From Gloeobacterales cyanobacterium (GTDB lineage Bacteria; Cyanobacteriota; Cyanobacteriia; Gloeobacterales; PMM-0068): a DNA stretch of 64,000 bases. Under the pieces are notes generated by a model. That model was not told the origin of the DNA. It was given only the letters and a program-made list of their open reading frames with translations, and searched no databases. Positions within the stretch are counted from its first letter, which is position 1; every line of letters starts with the position of its first letter. The position numbers were made by a program, and so were the translations under genes. Where the stretch lies: the NCBI GenBank assembly GCA_038245785.1, contig JBBRSB010000002.1:64001-128000 (forward strand), given 5' to 3'. Positions 62,549 through 64,000 of this stretch are shown here, piece after piece.

Positions 62549-64000
62549 ATGAGTTCTTCTCGGTGTTCTTCAGCTAACTTATACAGTCATCAAAGTGTTA
62601 CTTCAAAAACAATTTCAATATCCTTGAAGTTGCTACTATCAGGCTCTTTGAGCATTTTGTCTCTCTTCGGGCAAGGTCTTATTTCCAAAGTATCTGCTGC
62701 AGAACCAATCTATTTTTATGTTTCTCCTGGTGGTTCTGACAGCAATGTTGGGAGCAGTATTCGACCTTTCAAAACTATCCAGAAAGCGCGTGATGTTGTC
62801 AGCACAGTCAACAAGAATATGACAGGAGATATTGTTGTTGTCTTGAAAAATGGAACGTACACGCTCAGTAAGCCTTTAACCTTTGGTCCAGAAGATTCGG
62901 GAACCAATGGCTACAATATTATCTATAAAGCTGATACTGGTGCTAAAGTCACTATCAGCGGTGGTAAAAAAACGGGACGTTGGTCTCTAACTGATAGCAG
63001 TAAGAATATTTATAGAGCTTGGATTGGCAATAGTTATTATCCTCGTGAATTCTACGTTGGCGATGCAAGAGCAACTCGAGCGAGGAGCCTTGATGATCCA
63101 ACAGGATTTACTAGAACGGAGACAGGATATACCACTACGGATTTGAGCCTACAAAGTTGGAAAAATATAAGTGATCTAGAAATAGTGTCTACCAACGATT
63201 GGAAATCCTTTCGTTGTGGAGTCGCTGGCATCGTAGGGGGCAACATCACGATGGACCAACCATGCTTTAAAAACTCGCTCTATGGCCAAGCCCCATTTTC
63301 TGATGGAACCTTAGCCTGGCCGATCTTGAATCCTTCCTGGATCGAGAATGCCTATGAACTTTTAGACAAGCCTGGGGAATGGTACTACAAAAAACAAGAA
63401 GGGACTATTTACTACAAACCTCATCCCAGCGAAGATCTATCCAAAATAGAAACCGTTGTCCCGATACTAGATAAATTGATTGTTGGTACTGGAACGCTCG
63501 ATAAACCAGTACACAACATTGTTTTCCAAGATCTCAATCTCAAGTACGGGACTTGGTATGACCCCAACTCTGCCGATGGCTACTCATCCCTACAGGCAGG
63601 CTACCATTGGGTTGGCGATCAAACCGATCCCTCTGGGCGCAGAAAAAGCACTAAGTCCCCTGGAAATATAGCTTTTAGCTTTGCCCAAAATATTGTGTTC
63701 AAGCATAATGTCTTCAGCCATCTAAGCAGTGCCGCTCTAGATTTCGAAACGGGTAGTCAGAACAATACGGTCGAAAACAATCGCTTTGAGGATATCTCCG
63801 GTAGTGCCATCCAGTTGGGCAATCATAACTGGGGCTTTGATAACTACCCTGATTATGAGGCATTATACGGTGCTGGAGATAGCTACGATAAGCGCAATTT
63901 GATTAGTAATAATCTCATTGTGGATAACTACATCACGAAGACTGGTCAGGAGTATCATGACACACCCGGCATCTATGTTGGCTACACCGACCATACGCGC
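62549..64000 (+). CDS. secreted right-handed beta-helix protein (glycoside hydrolase-like), runs off the window end
   Basis: Manual translation from ATG 62549: signal-like LKLLLSGSLSILSLF..VSA-AEP, FYVSPGGSD...PFKTIQKARD, L..EDSG, ENAYELLDKPGEWY; not in the ORF track. Confidence 0.8.
   Translation, partial: MSSSRCSSANLYSHQSVTSKTISISLKLLLSGSLSILSLFGQGLISKVSAAEPIYFYVSPGGSDSNVGSSIRPFKTIQKARDVVSTVNKNMTGDIVVVLKNGTYTLSKPLTFGPEDSGTNGYNIIYKADTGAKVTISGGKKTGRWSLTDSSKNIYRAWIGNSYYPREFYVGDARATRARSLDDPTGFTRTETGYTTTDLSLQSWKNISDLEIVSTNDWKSFRCGVAGIVGGNITMDQPCFKNSLYGQAPFSDGTLAWPILNPSWIENAYELLDKPGEWYYKKQEGTIYYKPHPSEDLSKIETVVPILDKLIVGTGTLDKPVHNIVFQDLNLKYGTWYDPNSADGYSSLQAGYHWVGDQTDPSGRRKSTKSPGNIAFSFAQNIVFKHNVFSHLSSAALDFETGSQNNTVENNRFEDISGSAIQLGNHNWGFDNYPDYEALYGAGDSYDKRNLISNNLIVDNYITKTGQEYHDTPGIYVGYTDHTR

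Noticed and set aside
62716..63671. Three short track ORFs near the window end
   Set aside because: Shadow frames of the long plus-strand beta-helix gene starting at 62549.

Overview
Cyanobacterial chromosomal window (psb28, ndhI/G/E, petF, ado-aar, ycf23, ycf35). By eye I noticed only one HIP1 octamer (GCGATCGC, ~49061), which together with the scattered operons hints at an early-branching, Gloeobacterales-like lineage (inference). Core genes include pnp, rpsU, khpA, rpsP, ffh, ftsEX, nrdR, gpmI, murF, tadA, frmA/fghA and a DICT-GAF histidine kinase. They are interleaved with accessory islets of toxin-antitoxin/PIN genes and pseudogenes (0.2-2.3 kb, 10.5-11.8 kb, 36.2-39.7 kb). Most notable: (1) an orphan phycocyanin-alpha-like domain that lacks the bilin-binding Cys, is fused to a non-phycobiliprotein tail and lies directly upstream of a frameshifted 'QGD/SQSCD' toxin-like gene, a candidate phycobiliprotein-decoy toxin-antitoxin/defence module; (2) a guanidine-I riboswitch operon (cgdA-cgdB-carboxylase) that has no full allophanate hydrolase and continues into a stand-alone allophanate-hydrolase C-domain-like gene, ureC and ureE; (3) a dUTPase fused to a degenerate LAGLIDADG domain; (4) three consensus DnaA boxes upstream of nrdR; (5) a family of REP-like hairpins carrying nested ~21-nt insertions. 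All annotation is by motif recognition only; no database searches were run.
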